This document shows positions 1-22,906 of a stretch of DNA of 64,000 nt, one piece after another. The translations under genes were made by a program, and so were the position numbers. The stretch's first letter is position 1, and each line of letters opens with the position of its first letter. The DNA lies in contig NC_088854.1 of assembly GCF_963853765.1 (NCBI RefSeq), forward strand, positions 39,866,001 to 39,930,000, given 5' to 3'. This stretch comes from Magallana gigas. Lineage: Eukaryota. The notes below the pieces were generated by a model. It was not told the origin of the DNA. It worked only from the letters and a program-made list of their open reading frames with translations, and made no database searches.

Positions 1-3000
1 ATTTTCTATAAAAGTATCTTATCATATTTATAAATTTAAGATTTAAGAAATCGAATTATGCATCATGCATAATTTCTTTTTAGTTGCATTGCATGATTTC
101 TTTTTCTTCAACCCAAAGTCAAGGTTCCAACTTCCTGTGAATATGTGTCCTATGTTAGGATTTTTTGATGAGATCCTGTTATCGGTTTTTGTATACAAGA
201 AAAGTGTTGTATACTAGTTTCATACTGGTACTGTTAAAGTCTTCCGCGTGCAAATCTCCAATAATCTTAAATAAATTAAAGCCGACAAGAATTAATAAAT
301 TATTCGGTAGCCATATTTTTAACGATCTTTCGTCTACTACGACAAGGGTATAAAATACTCGTCGAGATTCTAAGTTACGATTTATTTTTCCGATCGAAAC
401 TTTCTCGGATGGTTAAAGAGCAGTCGATCGCCACCGTTCCCTGGAATTACGAGATCTGATGAAGTGACCTCCTTTCTATATATACTTTGGACAAATTTTA
501 TTCGAGGGGAGAAAATGCAAAAGAAAATGTAGAGTTTTAGGAGATTTTAACGGATCATTCAAAGAGGTCTTTGTTCAGCCTCTGTTTTACAATCAGGTCT
601 TACAAGTTACAATTAAATTTTAAAAAAGCCGGGAATAAGGACCACAAGCAAATCAGGAAAAAAAACACGAAAGTACGGTCGGATGTGAACGCTTTTAGCC
701 TCATTGAAGATCAGACATTTATGGAAACTTTTTTTCTTTCATTTTTTCTACAATAACATGTTTAGGTTTTTACAACACTTTTGGTTAAAAACTCTTTTCT
801 ATCGTTCGAAAAATATGTACATTCCATATTTAAAATATAATTAATCACACATTGTATTTATCAATATTACTTCATCTACCCGTTTCTTTTTATAATCGAT
901 AGTTGCGAATTCCCAATTTCATCAATATACATTTAAAATTATAAGATCTCTAGATAAACCTCGAAGAACTATACTTAATGGGGATCAAAGGAGTGACAGA
1001 AACATCTTGGGAAACACTTCTTCTAAATAACTAGTTCGTCGATTTTGTGATAGAGTGCCAAATCGACAAGAAGATATCTCGGAAAAAATCTTCTCAGTAA
1101 CGTAAACAATAATTGATTTTACCGTGATATTTGACTGACATGAATGACTATGCATAAAGTCAAGTTTGTTTGCATCATTTTGAAATTATTACAGAATTTT
1201 CCTTAACATTCTTTGGATTAAAAAAAGGGTTTTTTTAAAGGCAGGGGTTGCTTTTTTGTTGTTGTAAGAAATGCCAAAACATCTAACAATTATCTTGCAC
1301 ACAGAGGATATATCTATTTTATCTGCAGATTTCCGAAAGTGCATATCGAACACGTGTTCCTGCAGAGTGATTAGGTCCTGAACGACACTTATTTCCAACA
1401 TATCATACAGGTGATAAGTCCAGGGTGGTCATTTCGATCGACTTTTTTTGCATTGATTTTCTTTAATGTCCATTAAAGTATGTCAGATCATTTGTCAATG
1501 ATACCTACAGTCTGTATCATTTGATATTCCCTTCCAATTTCCTTCTAGTGCACTAGATGCTATTTTATCTTCCAATGCGTTTTGAACAGCATGCAATGAA
1601 GCAACAACCACCTTAAAAAAGCTCTCTCTCTCTCTCTTTCTGACAGACAGACATATTCCCTGATACATAGAGAAAGTATTTTACAACAATATACCGTAAG
1701 ACACACAACGAACTGAAAAAAAAATATTTCATTGTACTACTTTTGTCAAGGTGCCCCGGAAGAGATAAATGTTTTGCCATAAGATGATATATTCTAAATG
1801 TCGCAGTCGGGGAAAAATCAATTTCAGATTTGCAACACAAATTGGCATTATTTTTCCTCTTTCTTGTTAGCATCGTTGTAGCGATGATATAATGAAGCCT
1901 TTAAATTTGGGTGCAGTTCCGATTACCCTGAAGTATACGTTATTAAAGGCTTAATAAACTTTTCCCACTCATGAAATTTGAAATCAATAACCGTTTTTTT
2001 TCCTTCAAATCTGCATGACAAACCAGAAAGGCCGGGCTTGACGCAATCAATTTAATGAATACAGGTACTAGAAGTTTGACAAGTATATGGTTAACATCTG
2101 TAGCCCATGTTCTTTGAAACTCGGCCGTTACTTTGGTTTCTTTTAGATTTAGTTTGTAATTAATGAGACAAACATAAATATCAAATATATAAATTAATGT
2201 TCTTTATTTTCAAAAAGGTGGATTTATTAAGAGGGGATTTCAAAAAGTGGGCTGAGCACAACTGATGGTTCATAAAAGAGGATAAAAAACGACGGGCTTA
2301 CCCCCAAGATGCCAATTGACTTATACTTTAACAGGTGAGTAAACATTAATTTTCTACATTGTACATAAATGATTGCTTTTCAAAGTTTGATAATAAAAAT
2401 ACACTAATTACACTATCAATGACCTGTAATGTTAATTCATTAAAGGTTAGATTTCTTTCAAAGAAGGTAATTATGATGCAAATATTTTGTTCCAAAGCGA
2501 CATGAAGACATTGTTAGTTTCTGCCTAATGTTTGGTATTCGTTAATCAAATGCTATATATAAATGACAATTTAGCTATTCATAATCTGTACCAAATGTAT
2601 ATTTTATGGATATAAAAATGTAAAATATACTAATGGCTCCTTAACACACCGGGACCAATGTTTATGATAACATTATATCATAGAGATCTTGTTGCATTGG
2701 GAAATCGGTTTTGCATTTCTTCGAGGCGGAGCGATCATGACACCAAACGCAACCCCGACCCGCAGAACCCGAGTTCTAATACGGCAGGAAACTCTGTAAC
2801 AAGAGTTTTAAATATTATCATTTGAATTTTCCCAAAACTTTTATTTTGTTGGGGACTATTTCTTATGTAAACTATAAATCCTACATCTCCTAAAATACTA
2901 CTAGTACATGTAGTATCATAACTAAAAAAATACCAGTTGATTCTGTTGCTTTTCCCAAAGGTGTTGAGAACCCTTTTTTCAATCTAGAATATGCTGCTTT

Positions 3001-3391
3001 TTGCAATTGCGTTCACTTCATGCGATAATGAATACGAAATAACAGGATCAACGCCGACTCTTACAAACAAATACGGATATAACAAGTTGAAAGCCAATGT
3101 ATCATACGTTACTTTAGAACACCCTTTGCGGATGATACTTCAGATTATGAATGTCATGAACTATAGTTTTCTTGTTTTAATTTTAAACGCGTATTACTAG
3201 CATATTTTCAAATTTGTGTTATAATGAAGAAAGTAAAGAAACTAATATCATACAAGATACTACACTGAACTTCGCATTCATATTCTCTTGTCCCTTAACT
3301 ATATGGACATCTTTACACAAATAAGAGACCCAAAGAATGACATTTCAAAGTAACTTTTTCAAGAAAATAAAATCTTTTGTAGAAAAACGCC

Positions 3392-4426
3392 ATGATTGAC
3401 TCGGCAAATACGACCAAAGACGATGGAGATGAGATTGAGTTATTTTCCTTGTATGTCACCATCCCTCTAGGCGTTCTGTTGGCGGTTTTGGTTGTCCTCG
3501 CAGTGTCTGGAAACGCTCTTACCATCATAGCATTTGCAAGGGATAAAAGTCTGCGGACCGTGTACAACATGTACTTGGTTAACCTGGCCGTCACCGATTT
3601 CTGCCTCGGCCTTTTCAGCATGCTTTTCTATTCAGTTTATACTCTTGCTAGCTATAACTGGCCATTTGGCTACCATTTCTGCAAGGCCTTTCTTGTGGTA
3701 GACTTCACACTTTGTTTAGAATCCATCATTACTATCGTAATGATCAGCTTCGATCGTCTGCTTCTATTGAAGCACGGGCCGCATTACATCGTGAAAGAGA
3801 CAACGAAGAAAACGTTGATCAAAATTTTCGTTTCTTGGATCCTGTCGTTTTCGCTATACTCGCCCGCCATCATTGGTTGGGACTTATGGATGGGAGAAGA
3901 TATTAACGAACCGGGAGATTGCGATGTGCAGTTTGCCTACCATTTCATCTTCACTACAGCGACGGCCATCATCGAATTCGTCATTCCATTGTTCGCTGTG
4001 ACCATAATCAATTTTCTTATATACCTCCAAATACGAAAACGGACGGTCGTTTCTCCACTACCCAACGGAAGGAATTTTTCATCAAACCCAATAACGGAGC
4101 AGACGACAAGCGCAGAAGAAAGGGAGAAAACTCGCAAGGATATCAAGGCTGCGCGTTTTCTTGCCATGCTCGTTCTCGTTTTTGCAATCACCTGGGCACC
4201 TTATACAATTGCAACTATTATCATTTCTTTCTGCGATAGTTGCATCGATACTTACTTCTACGAGTTTTTGGTGTGGTTGTTGTGGGCAAAATCGGCGATC
4301 AACCCCTTTCTTTATGCTCTGAACAGTGCGTTGTTTTATAAAAACTTCAGAAAACTTTTAAGATGTCGCAAAAAACCTAACAATGCTAACCATATCCCAA
4401 CTGTTGTATCTCATGTTGCCTCGTAA
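3392..4426 (+). CDS. Intronless class A GPCR, histamine H3/H4 receptor-like aminergic receptor (344 aa)
   Basis: Single ORF with 7 hydrophobic segments. Motifs: GN in TM1, NLAVTD in TM2, Asp in TM3 (VVDF), DRL at the end of TM3, EFVIP in TM5, WAPY in TM6, NPFLY in TM7. TM5 and TM7 resemble vertebrate HRH3. Confidence 0.9.
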   Translation: MIDSANTTKDDGDEIELFSLYVTIPLGVLLAVLVVLAVSGNALTIIAFARDKSLRTVYNMYLVNLAVTDFCLGLFSMLFYSVYTLASYNWPFGYHFCKAFLVVDFTLCLESIITIVMISFDRLLLLKHGPHYIVKETTKKTLIKIFVSWILSFSLYSPAIIGWDLWMGEDINEPGDCDVQFAYHFIFTTATAIIEFVIPLFAVTIINFLIYLQIRKRTVVSPLPNGRNFSSNPITEQTTSAEEREKTRKDIKAARFLAMLVLVFAITWAPYTIATIIISFCDSCIDTYFYEFLVWLLWAKSAINPFLYALNSALFYKNFRKLLRCRKKPNNANHIPTVVSHVAS

Positions 4427-4540
4427 TCAGACGAGTATGCTTCTCTCGTATCAAAGCTAAAAGTCCAGTACGGGGTAGTGCTTAAAATCTAACCGCTTGT
4501 GTTTTAATCATGTTGATATTATACACTTTGTACTTGTTAA

Positions 4541-5033
4541 AGGGGCATGGTCACGATTTTGGTCAAAAATTATTTTTTCTATTTTAATGTTTACAATGCT
4601 TCAGTAAGGCATTTTTAATATGTAATCAAAATTTGAGTGTCATTTGATGAGTCATAAGCGAGTTACAGAGCTTACAATTCTTCGCTATGTAAACAAAAAG
4701 TTTGTTTATATTTTGAATGTTGAAGTGAAAATTACAATTTTAGACCTAAAATGAATGTTTTAATCGTTAGGAACTGTTTATTTATGCTTAAAATGAATGA
4801 TAAGATAGACAAACCAGCTTTAAAAAGATTTTTTACTGGTATATTGAACCTATGTACACAAAAACAAGGCACGAGCCTTGTTTACATGACGAAGAATTGT
4901 AAGCCCTGTATCTTGCTTAAAACTCTACGACTGGCACCCAACTTTCATTTGATCATTAGAAATGCATTTCTAAAGCAATACAAATAATAAAAACAGAAAA
5001 ATAAAATTTGACCAAAATCGTGACCATGTCCCT
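4541..5033. mobile_element. Non-autonomous TIR element with TTAA target sites (Kolobok/piggyBac-type)
   Basis: TTAA|AGGGGCATGGTCACGATTTTGGTCAAA ... TTTGACCAAAATCGTGACCATGTCCCT|TTAA. Confidence 0.85.
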
Positions 5034-6230
5034 TTAAGACTAGTATCAATATAAATACAAACCAGGCAAAGAGAACAAACAACATTTCAATTTACTGTAG
5101 GTAGATTGAACTGGCTTTGGATTATACCTATTTATTAACTGCATAATGAGAGGTGTTTATTATAATTTATTTTTTATCTTATTTTATATATATATTTTTT
5201 AGTATAGTTTGGTACATTTCACTTCTCCAAGGAACAAGAAATGTGAGTCATAAGGATGACAATAAGGTTGCCAAGTTGTACTTCAAATTGGTTTTACCAT
5301 TTTTACAGCCAATAAAAAAATCTAAAAACTATTTCGTTGCACATCTTTTAACTGAATATTTTATCATTAAATGTACTTAATAATGAATCAAACTGTTTAC
5401 AAGAATTAAGGACATTTTAGTACCAAGCAAATAATTTCGAAAAGCATTACTGCCACTCCACTTCCTGTTTTCACATTTCCCAAGTTTCACAAGTGCATGT
5501 TACATTAATACACAAGAAAGAAACGGCTACTTTCCGCGTTGTGGGTTGCAATGAGGTAAAGTAATAAAAGATCGAACTTTTCCAGGAAATGAACGGACGT
5601 GATTCAACATTTAATTAAAAAAATATTGCCGGGCTAGGAAAAGATTCCCGGAAAAAATCTACATTAAGATAAAAACTACATTTAAACTACACAAGAATAT
5701 TATGACGTATTTTAATTATGGAACGCGTAATATTGGACGCCTTCATAATAGTCAATGGTAGTTATTCATACTGTTTCATTGTAAAAGCAGCTCTGACAGA
5801 AAATACGTAAACCCTTTTTCACGTGCATGCGTAATTTGAGGTGAAATCCTAGAGGCTTGTTAACATATCTCATCTAAAATCTGATTTCATTGTTCAGAGA
5901 TGGAGTTATGCTCTTAATTATTCTACATTTTGATTATTTTTAGAAACTTTGTTCTAACTGTTGGCATTTTAAATGAATTTTTTTTTCAACAGTTTTTGGA
6001 AATATTTTTCTCCATCTAGTAAAATATGTGGCCCTTTAATTGAGCAATTCAAATTCCCATTCACTAGGGGTGCTTTGTACCAAGTTTGAAAGAAATGGGC
6101 TACTAGTTCTACGGAAAAGTTAGATATTCAGACAGCTGGTCAATGGTGATTAGAAAAACTTATTTGAACCAATGGTTATTTTTGGCTATTTTGGGGTAAG
6201 TAAAAAGAAATGTGAATATGTACCATGTAA

Positions 6231-6472
6231 GGCCAAACAAATATAATTTTTTGTTCGTCGTACCTCCAATGAGCTGACGCTTATAATTTTTTTTACTTGT
6301 TTCTGAATTATAAATTAAGATTATCTAAAATACGAAAAATAGAGCAGAAATAGAACAGAAAACAGCGCAAAATTTCCTGGATGCGGGATATTAGTAATAA
6401 TATTATTTGTAAAGATTTACTGAAATACGAGCGTGCAGGGTCCCACAAACCAGAAATTATATTGGTGTGGCC
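6231..6472. mobile_element. PIF/Harbinger-like MITE, copy 1
   Basis: GGCCAAACAAATATAATT ... AATTATATTGGTGTGGCC flanked by TAA on both sides. The internal sequence matches the copy at 22569-22906. Confidence 0.75.
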
Positions 6473-7655
6473 TAATGTATACCTCAAGAATTCCAAATTG
6501 CAACTGCATTGGCATTACAAACAAAACTTTACAAGAAGCATCGCTTACCTCAAGACGTATGTAAAAATCTGATTAAACTTGTTTTAATAACAAAATTTCC
6601 ATCTTCGTAATAATACAGAGTTTAAGAGACTTGATTTGGCAGAAAAATAGCACTATCTTTATTCAATAAAACATCAAACCATCATTAAGTAAGTAAAACC
6701 AAGTATTCAGCACACATTATTAAATTCCCAATTTCTACGGCTTCTTTGAAACCAAATCCAGAATCCTGCAGGAATGAGCCAACACAGCAACAAATGTTTG
6801 GTTCCAGAGGACAAATTGATTTCTTATGTCTTGAAGAAATTTCATTTATTTCACCACTGAAAATTTGATGAGGATTTACAATGCACAAAACAGCATCAAA
6901 AATAAAAAAAAACTAACTGCATTTTTTATTAACCATCATTATTACAATCCTTAATGACCCTGCTAGTTTTGAAACTTGAACAACAAATGGAACATAAAAT
7001 TTCTGAGGCTTTAAAATTGGCAAGTACATATATCTTGCAATTTTTTTCTTAATGGTAGTTTTGTATTACCAAATATTTTACTTCCTTTTGTAGAGTATAG
7101 CTTGGTATTATAAGAAACCTTTAGGAATTTAAAAAGAAATATTACATTTTGTATTATCTATATAATCTGAATGTGAAAGTTCTTTTCAGCCATCATCAAA
7201 CATATCTATACACTGGGTAGCTTACAATACTCATACATAAGAATATAAATATTTCCAGAGTTCACATGCATACAGCGTATGTATTCTGTAGGTTGAGTTA
7301 TCAAATAGTTTCCCTTTCATTTATAATACATATTGGACTACTTTCATCAATTAAACATGTATGCTTAACCAAATTATGTGATAGATGGATAAAACCCTAT
7401 ATCTTTTGCAAGAGAAAAAATTAATTTTACATCAATTTAAAAACACAAACATTCAGACAACAAAATATTCAAAAAAAAAAAATTTACCGGTACATATATA
7501 TACTTATGTACAGCATATATTTTAGGTTTCCGTTGTCTAAATCATAGAATGCATAATGTAAACAAAAACCCCATTAGATTTCCGACAACTCAACAGAACA
7601 TAATATACCGGTATAGTACATATATTACGACAATTTTTCACTTGCTGGTCCACTG

Positions 7656-10600
7656 CTAACTTGGAACTTCCGAACCAGGACCAGGACCTGAAAAATTCCA
7701 GATTTGTTAAAAATAATTCTAATTAAAGAGGCTGGTTGGTAAAGGAAATTTATGAAGAAGATTGAATACAAACACACTCCCCATATGCAGCTTGCAATAT
7801 TGAATGAAATTGTAAAAACAAACTTATCTAGGAATTAATACATTGTGATACTGAACACAAAAACCATGCACAACAAACCTAGAAAAAGGGTTCATACGTG
7901 TTGTCCTTCCATTCCCCCCTCCCCCCACCAAAAAAAAAAATTAAATTTCTTAAATTTACACAGTAAAACCCACAAAAATAGGCCTCAGACCCCTCTGGCA
8001 AACAAAATCATCCCTTGGATATTAAATTAAAATACAACAATGGTCAAAAACATATGGAGTATGCAGTTTATAGATATTGTGTAATTTCTGTGAATTATTG
8101 TAAATAAATGTACTGTATATATGACTTAGGCGTCTAACTGAATTCAAACAGATGCCTATTAACATCTCCATCTAATATTCTGACTTTGCTTTTTCTTAAA
8201 CTCTATATTAAAATGCTGTTTGCTTTGTATGGTGTAATATCACATACCTGAATCGTCATCCTTGTCTGTGCGGAAACATTTGTCTTTGTGTCCTCTACAA
8301 CTACGACACTCATCGTCTGAATCATCTGATGATGATTCATCAAACATCTTTGGTTTCTCGTAGATGCAGCAACCTGAGATATGAAAGACAATGACAAACA
8401 AGTACATGAAAATCAAACCCTCTGATACATAAATAAACGTCCTACATAACATTTTCTTGTTTTTTAAGTTCTTATCTGAAAATAATACATGTAATACATA
8501 TTTTCCCTCAGCTGTTTTGGTTTTATATACTTGAAATACAATGTAATAATTTTGCATGTTTCTCCCTGCAGCATTAATCAGAACTGAAAGTCAGAAAAAA
8601 TTTAATGCTCAGCATGAACTTACACTTTGACTTTTTCTTGTTCATGTGTTCATTGTCTACTGTGTCTGTTGTCCATTTTACTTCCCTCTTGTTTTTGGGC
8701 TTTCTCAACTTGAGTTGTAGTACCTGTGGTTGCTAAAAAATTTCAAAAAGATATATCTTTAAAATCTATAAACAAAATAAATAAAAGTCGCTCACAACTT
8801 TATCCTATTAGTTTTTCTGTGAGCTAGCTAATTATCAGAAATTTTTAACATCCATTGCTACCAGTATGTACCGGCCAACATAAAATGTTCAGACAGTCAT
8901 AAGGAGTGCTACTGGTAAGTTGTATTAAAGTATCAAGATTCAGTTTTCATGAAATGTTTGGAAATTTTTTATTAACGTTATACAACTACATAATTACAAA
9001 CTAATTTTTGATGACATTGATCAGAGATTCAGAGTTTGGAAAACGCTTTTGATCACAAAAACAATTTAATTCTCACAGAATTTCTGCCTTCATATTAGGA
9101 ATTCAAACCACTATACTAACTAATAAAATCAAACATATCAAGATCATCTGGCTATATATACTACATATTGCCAGATGATCTTGCTGTTGATGTTTGATTG
9201 GTCAATTTGGAATAGATAATTTTTTACTTTTGGGTTCTTTGAAGAACTAAAGTTATAAAATATTTTTTTTCAAATTGTCCTGCCCTAGGTTATTTTAAAC
9301 TTATTAATATACATAACCAATTTCCATTGAATCAACTCTATAATATATATATATAAAATAGAAATCTGACATATTTTAATTATCCATTCAGATTCCATGC
9401 ATTACATTAAGTTATCATCTGGGGTACTTTTATGTCGTACTTTAACTTAAAAGTTGTTGCAAAAACAACTCCCGATGAAAATTTCATCTTCAGCCAAGTT
9501 CCTCACCTGATAAGAAAGAGGGGCATTTCAAAAAAATTAATCTTGTGATTTTTTTTATAGTTGTGAAAGAATAAATTAAGTTTTAACTATGAGGTACTGA
9601 GTTCATTGATTTCACTAAACTGTTATTTATATATTGCTGATCCTTTAAGCAAATTATTGTCTTTTATATGTTTTGTAGACTCCAGAATGGAATTGAAATA
9701 ATATCCAGGGTTGTCTCTAAGACCCGGGAGGTGGGAAATTCCCCCGCCTATAATGCCATAATTACCTGGCTATTATAGCATTTCAACACAATGTAGCTAT
9801 AAGCAAGACCCCCAGACCCCCCCCCCCCCCCCCAACCTTCTACTTTTTTTGTTTCTTCCGGCGCGCGCGCGCGCCTTCTACTTCAATTTTTAGAGACAAC
9901 CCTGAATATCTATTAATGATAATCAAAGTGAAGCCACATCAGAGTTATTTATTTGTGAGCACTGCCTCTCGCTACAAAATATAAGTATTGAATAACAATT
10001 AACTGAAGGCAAATTGTTGGACAGCTAGAGTATAGTTAAATAGAGACACTATTTCGCTTAATGTTTGTGTAATTATATCAATATCATACATCAATATTTG
10101 TTCAAACTTTCTCTAAGATAATGTGAGCATCAGATCAATTGGTGGATAACTTGATTAAAGAATTCAGGGACCCAGGTTCGAATCCTGGTCTGTTCCATCA
10201 TTATTTCTCCCATCCCATTACATTTGCTGCCATGGCAACCCCTAAATCTGATAGCCTAACTTCGGAGAAAAGAACCAGTTATTATCAAGGTTGAAGATCC
10301 ATTTGCAACAGAAGGAATGTGACAGACTGGTTTGATAACAAATACTGCCAGACTTGCGATTTCTGAGATTTAAGTCTACTCTGTGATTATTTTAGCATCC
10401 TATTACACTTAGTGGTGTAACTAACCCCAGGAACTGACAGGTTAATGGAAGAACATTCTAGACCAATGATCATTTGAGACGGAGAAGGGGGTATGACTAT
10501 GTGATGGTCAGACCGATTTGATCACCGGCGTTTGGTATCTCAGTTGGTTGGGAACTCGAACTCAGGCCCCTAAATTCTCTGGAAGATCGAAGAGAATTCA

Positions 10601-10773
10601 GGGAGCTGGGTTCAAATCCCTACTGCCCCGTCAGTACCCATCTCGATCCCCGTTAACTTAAACATATTAAATCATATCACCATTTAACGAAAAAATAAAA
10701 AAAATACCTCTGCTTCTTCATTTATAACTTGTGTTTCGGTGACACCCGTTGATTGTGACTGACACTCGGCCAT
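7656..10773 (-). CDS. PPP1R11: Protein phosphatase 1 regulatory inhibitor subunit 11 (Inhibitor-3), 110 aa, 4 exons
   Basis: Exons 10773-10708, 8732-8624, 8373-8248, 7687-7656, all GT-AG and in frame. The protein contains the PP1-binding REVKW motif, [23 protein letters not shown] and an acidic SSSDDSDDEC tract. Confidence 0.95.
9706..9904. mobile_element. hAT-like MITE with a 6-bp target duplication
   Basis: CAGGGTTGTCTCTAA ... TTAGAGACAACCCTG flanked by AATATC on both sides; internal poly-C and (GC)n. Confidence 0.75.
10120..10645 (+). repeat. Degenerate tRNA-derived repeat (two units)
   Basis: B-box-like GGTTCGAATCC (10175-10185) and GGGTTCAAATCCC (10608-10620); A-box-like TGGTATCTCAGTTGG; no intact cloverleaf. 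Confidence 0.65.
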
Positions 10774-11309
10774 TGAATTTCAAAATATCACATCCCAAAC
10801 AGTAAATTTGTTGACAAAATAAAATCTTTTCAGATTGACAGAAGGTGCGTTCGAGTGTAAACAACCTGTACCTAAATCTTGTTTTCTCGCTATCCATCGT
10901 TAATTTTAAATCGGTTCTTATCTCTATTTTGTAACTTTTCAAATGTCGTTTTGATTTAACTTTAGTTACCACTTCGGCTTTACAGATTATTCAGCTCATT
11001 TAAATTTATTATTCGAATATATTTTAATACGAGTTGACAAAACAAAAATAATAAACTAAATGAAAAAAATTATAAAAGGTTTCACATGAAAAATCAATAT
11101 CACACAGGCCTAACGTTATAAATAATATTTTTTCTGATAATTAAACGAATGATAGAGATATGTATGCCGAAATTCATTGCACTTTGTTTAGAGATTATAA
11201 ATATTTTGACATGGCTGACATCGCTAGTTGATTTGTCGCTATGAATGTGAATTTTTGTAAATTGGGAAGGAATCTGTCGCTGTGACTACATTTTTGAAAA
11301 GCCTTCACA
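10774..11309. promoter_or_regulatory. Shared divergent promoter region of PPP1R11 and KIFAP3
   Basis: The two start codons point away from each other and are only ~540 bp apart. Confidence 0.7.
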
Positions 11310-21769
<10,460 letters not shown>

Positions 21770-22568
21770 TCCATGACCGATGAATAGAACAACTATAGAT
21801 GATGTAGAAAAACGTAGACTGATCATAAAACTCAATGGTCCGAATGTGTTCAGAGTGTGTGAACCAAGTGATAAATCTGTGATAGTGACATCCACCTGCT
21901 GTTTCTTTTACTTGTCGCCATAGTGCATGTACAAATGATTCACATTTTCTGAAAGTACTGATATCATTAATGTAGGTGTCTTTGCAACTATGTCTAGAAT
22001 GAATGAATGATCACATGTACTTGGAGATCTGAAAACTCTTTGTTGTTGAACTGGTTATTTACAAATTTTAATTAGGATCTGGAATTCCTTTATCTTACAA
22101 TCAGCCATATTGGATATACTCTTAAAATTTTTGTACAGATATGCGTTGTGATTTGTTGTATGGCATTCTTTTCAAGGCATTCTTCTTGTGTCGGATTTGC
22201 ATTGTGCATACATTTCTATGCTTGTGATATTTTTTCTCCGTCCAGATGCTTTACATTGTTTTTTTTCATTGAGTCAAACTTTGCCTGCTATTGGCTATTT
22301 TATTTATACACTCAAAGTAAATTTTAAATTATTTGTTAGATAGAAATTACATGAATTGTACATACATTTACGTAACTGGACTGAACTAGTGTTTCCTTTG
22401 AATCATTGCATGCATGAATGACTTTTTAATGTAATTCCTGATGTAAAAATAAATTCTGTTTATTTAATTGTCATATTTTGTTAATTTTTGGTCTTTTTTA
22501 CTATCTTAAAGATAGGAAATGTACATGTGTTTTACATGTGCTTTAAAGATTTATATTATGGTTATCTA

Positions 22569-22906
22569 GGCCACACCAATATAATTTCTTGTTTGTCAGA
22601 CATTCAGTGAAAAAAGGGTGAGAGCGGGCGAGCGATTAAAAAATAAAATTATTATTATCTGTAGCCAAAATTTTTAGGTACTGGTAGTTTGTAAATAAAT
22701 TTGAGCCGACATTGATATTTCTGCTATTTGTTTCTGATTTATAAATTAAAACTATTTATAATATGAAAAGTATATAGTGGAAATAGAACAGAAATCAGTG
22801 CAGAATTTTCTGGATGTGGGAAATTAATAATTATTTTATTTGTATAGTTTTATTGAAATACGAGTGCGCAGAGTCCAGACGAACAAGCAATTATATTGGT
22901 GTGGCC
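22569..22906. mobile_element. PIF/Harbinger-like MITE, copy 2
   Basis: GGCCACACCAATATAATT ... AATTATATTGGTGTGGCC flanked by CTA on both sides. Confidence 0.8.

Noticed and set aside
1505-1611. Minus-strand exon-like open segment (VVVASLHAVQNALEDKIASSALEGNWKG...) and neighbouring ORFs 1189-1401 and 1613-1873
   Set aside because: Joining them needs implausibly short introns (~45-55 nt) and I recognise no domain, so I cannot support a gene.
3313-4239. Alternative-frame and antisense ORFs overlapping the GPCR
   Set aside because: Shadow ORFs of a real coding sequence.
10120-10645. tRNA gene
   Set aside because: A- and B-box-like motifs are present but there is no acceptor stem or anticodon arm; it is a degenerate tRNA-derived repeat.
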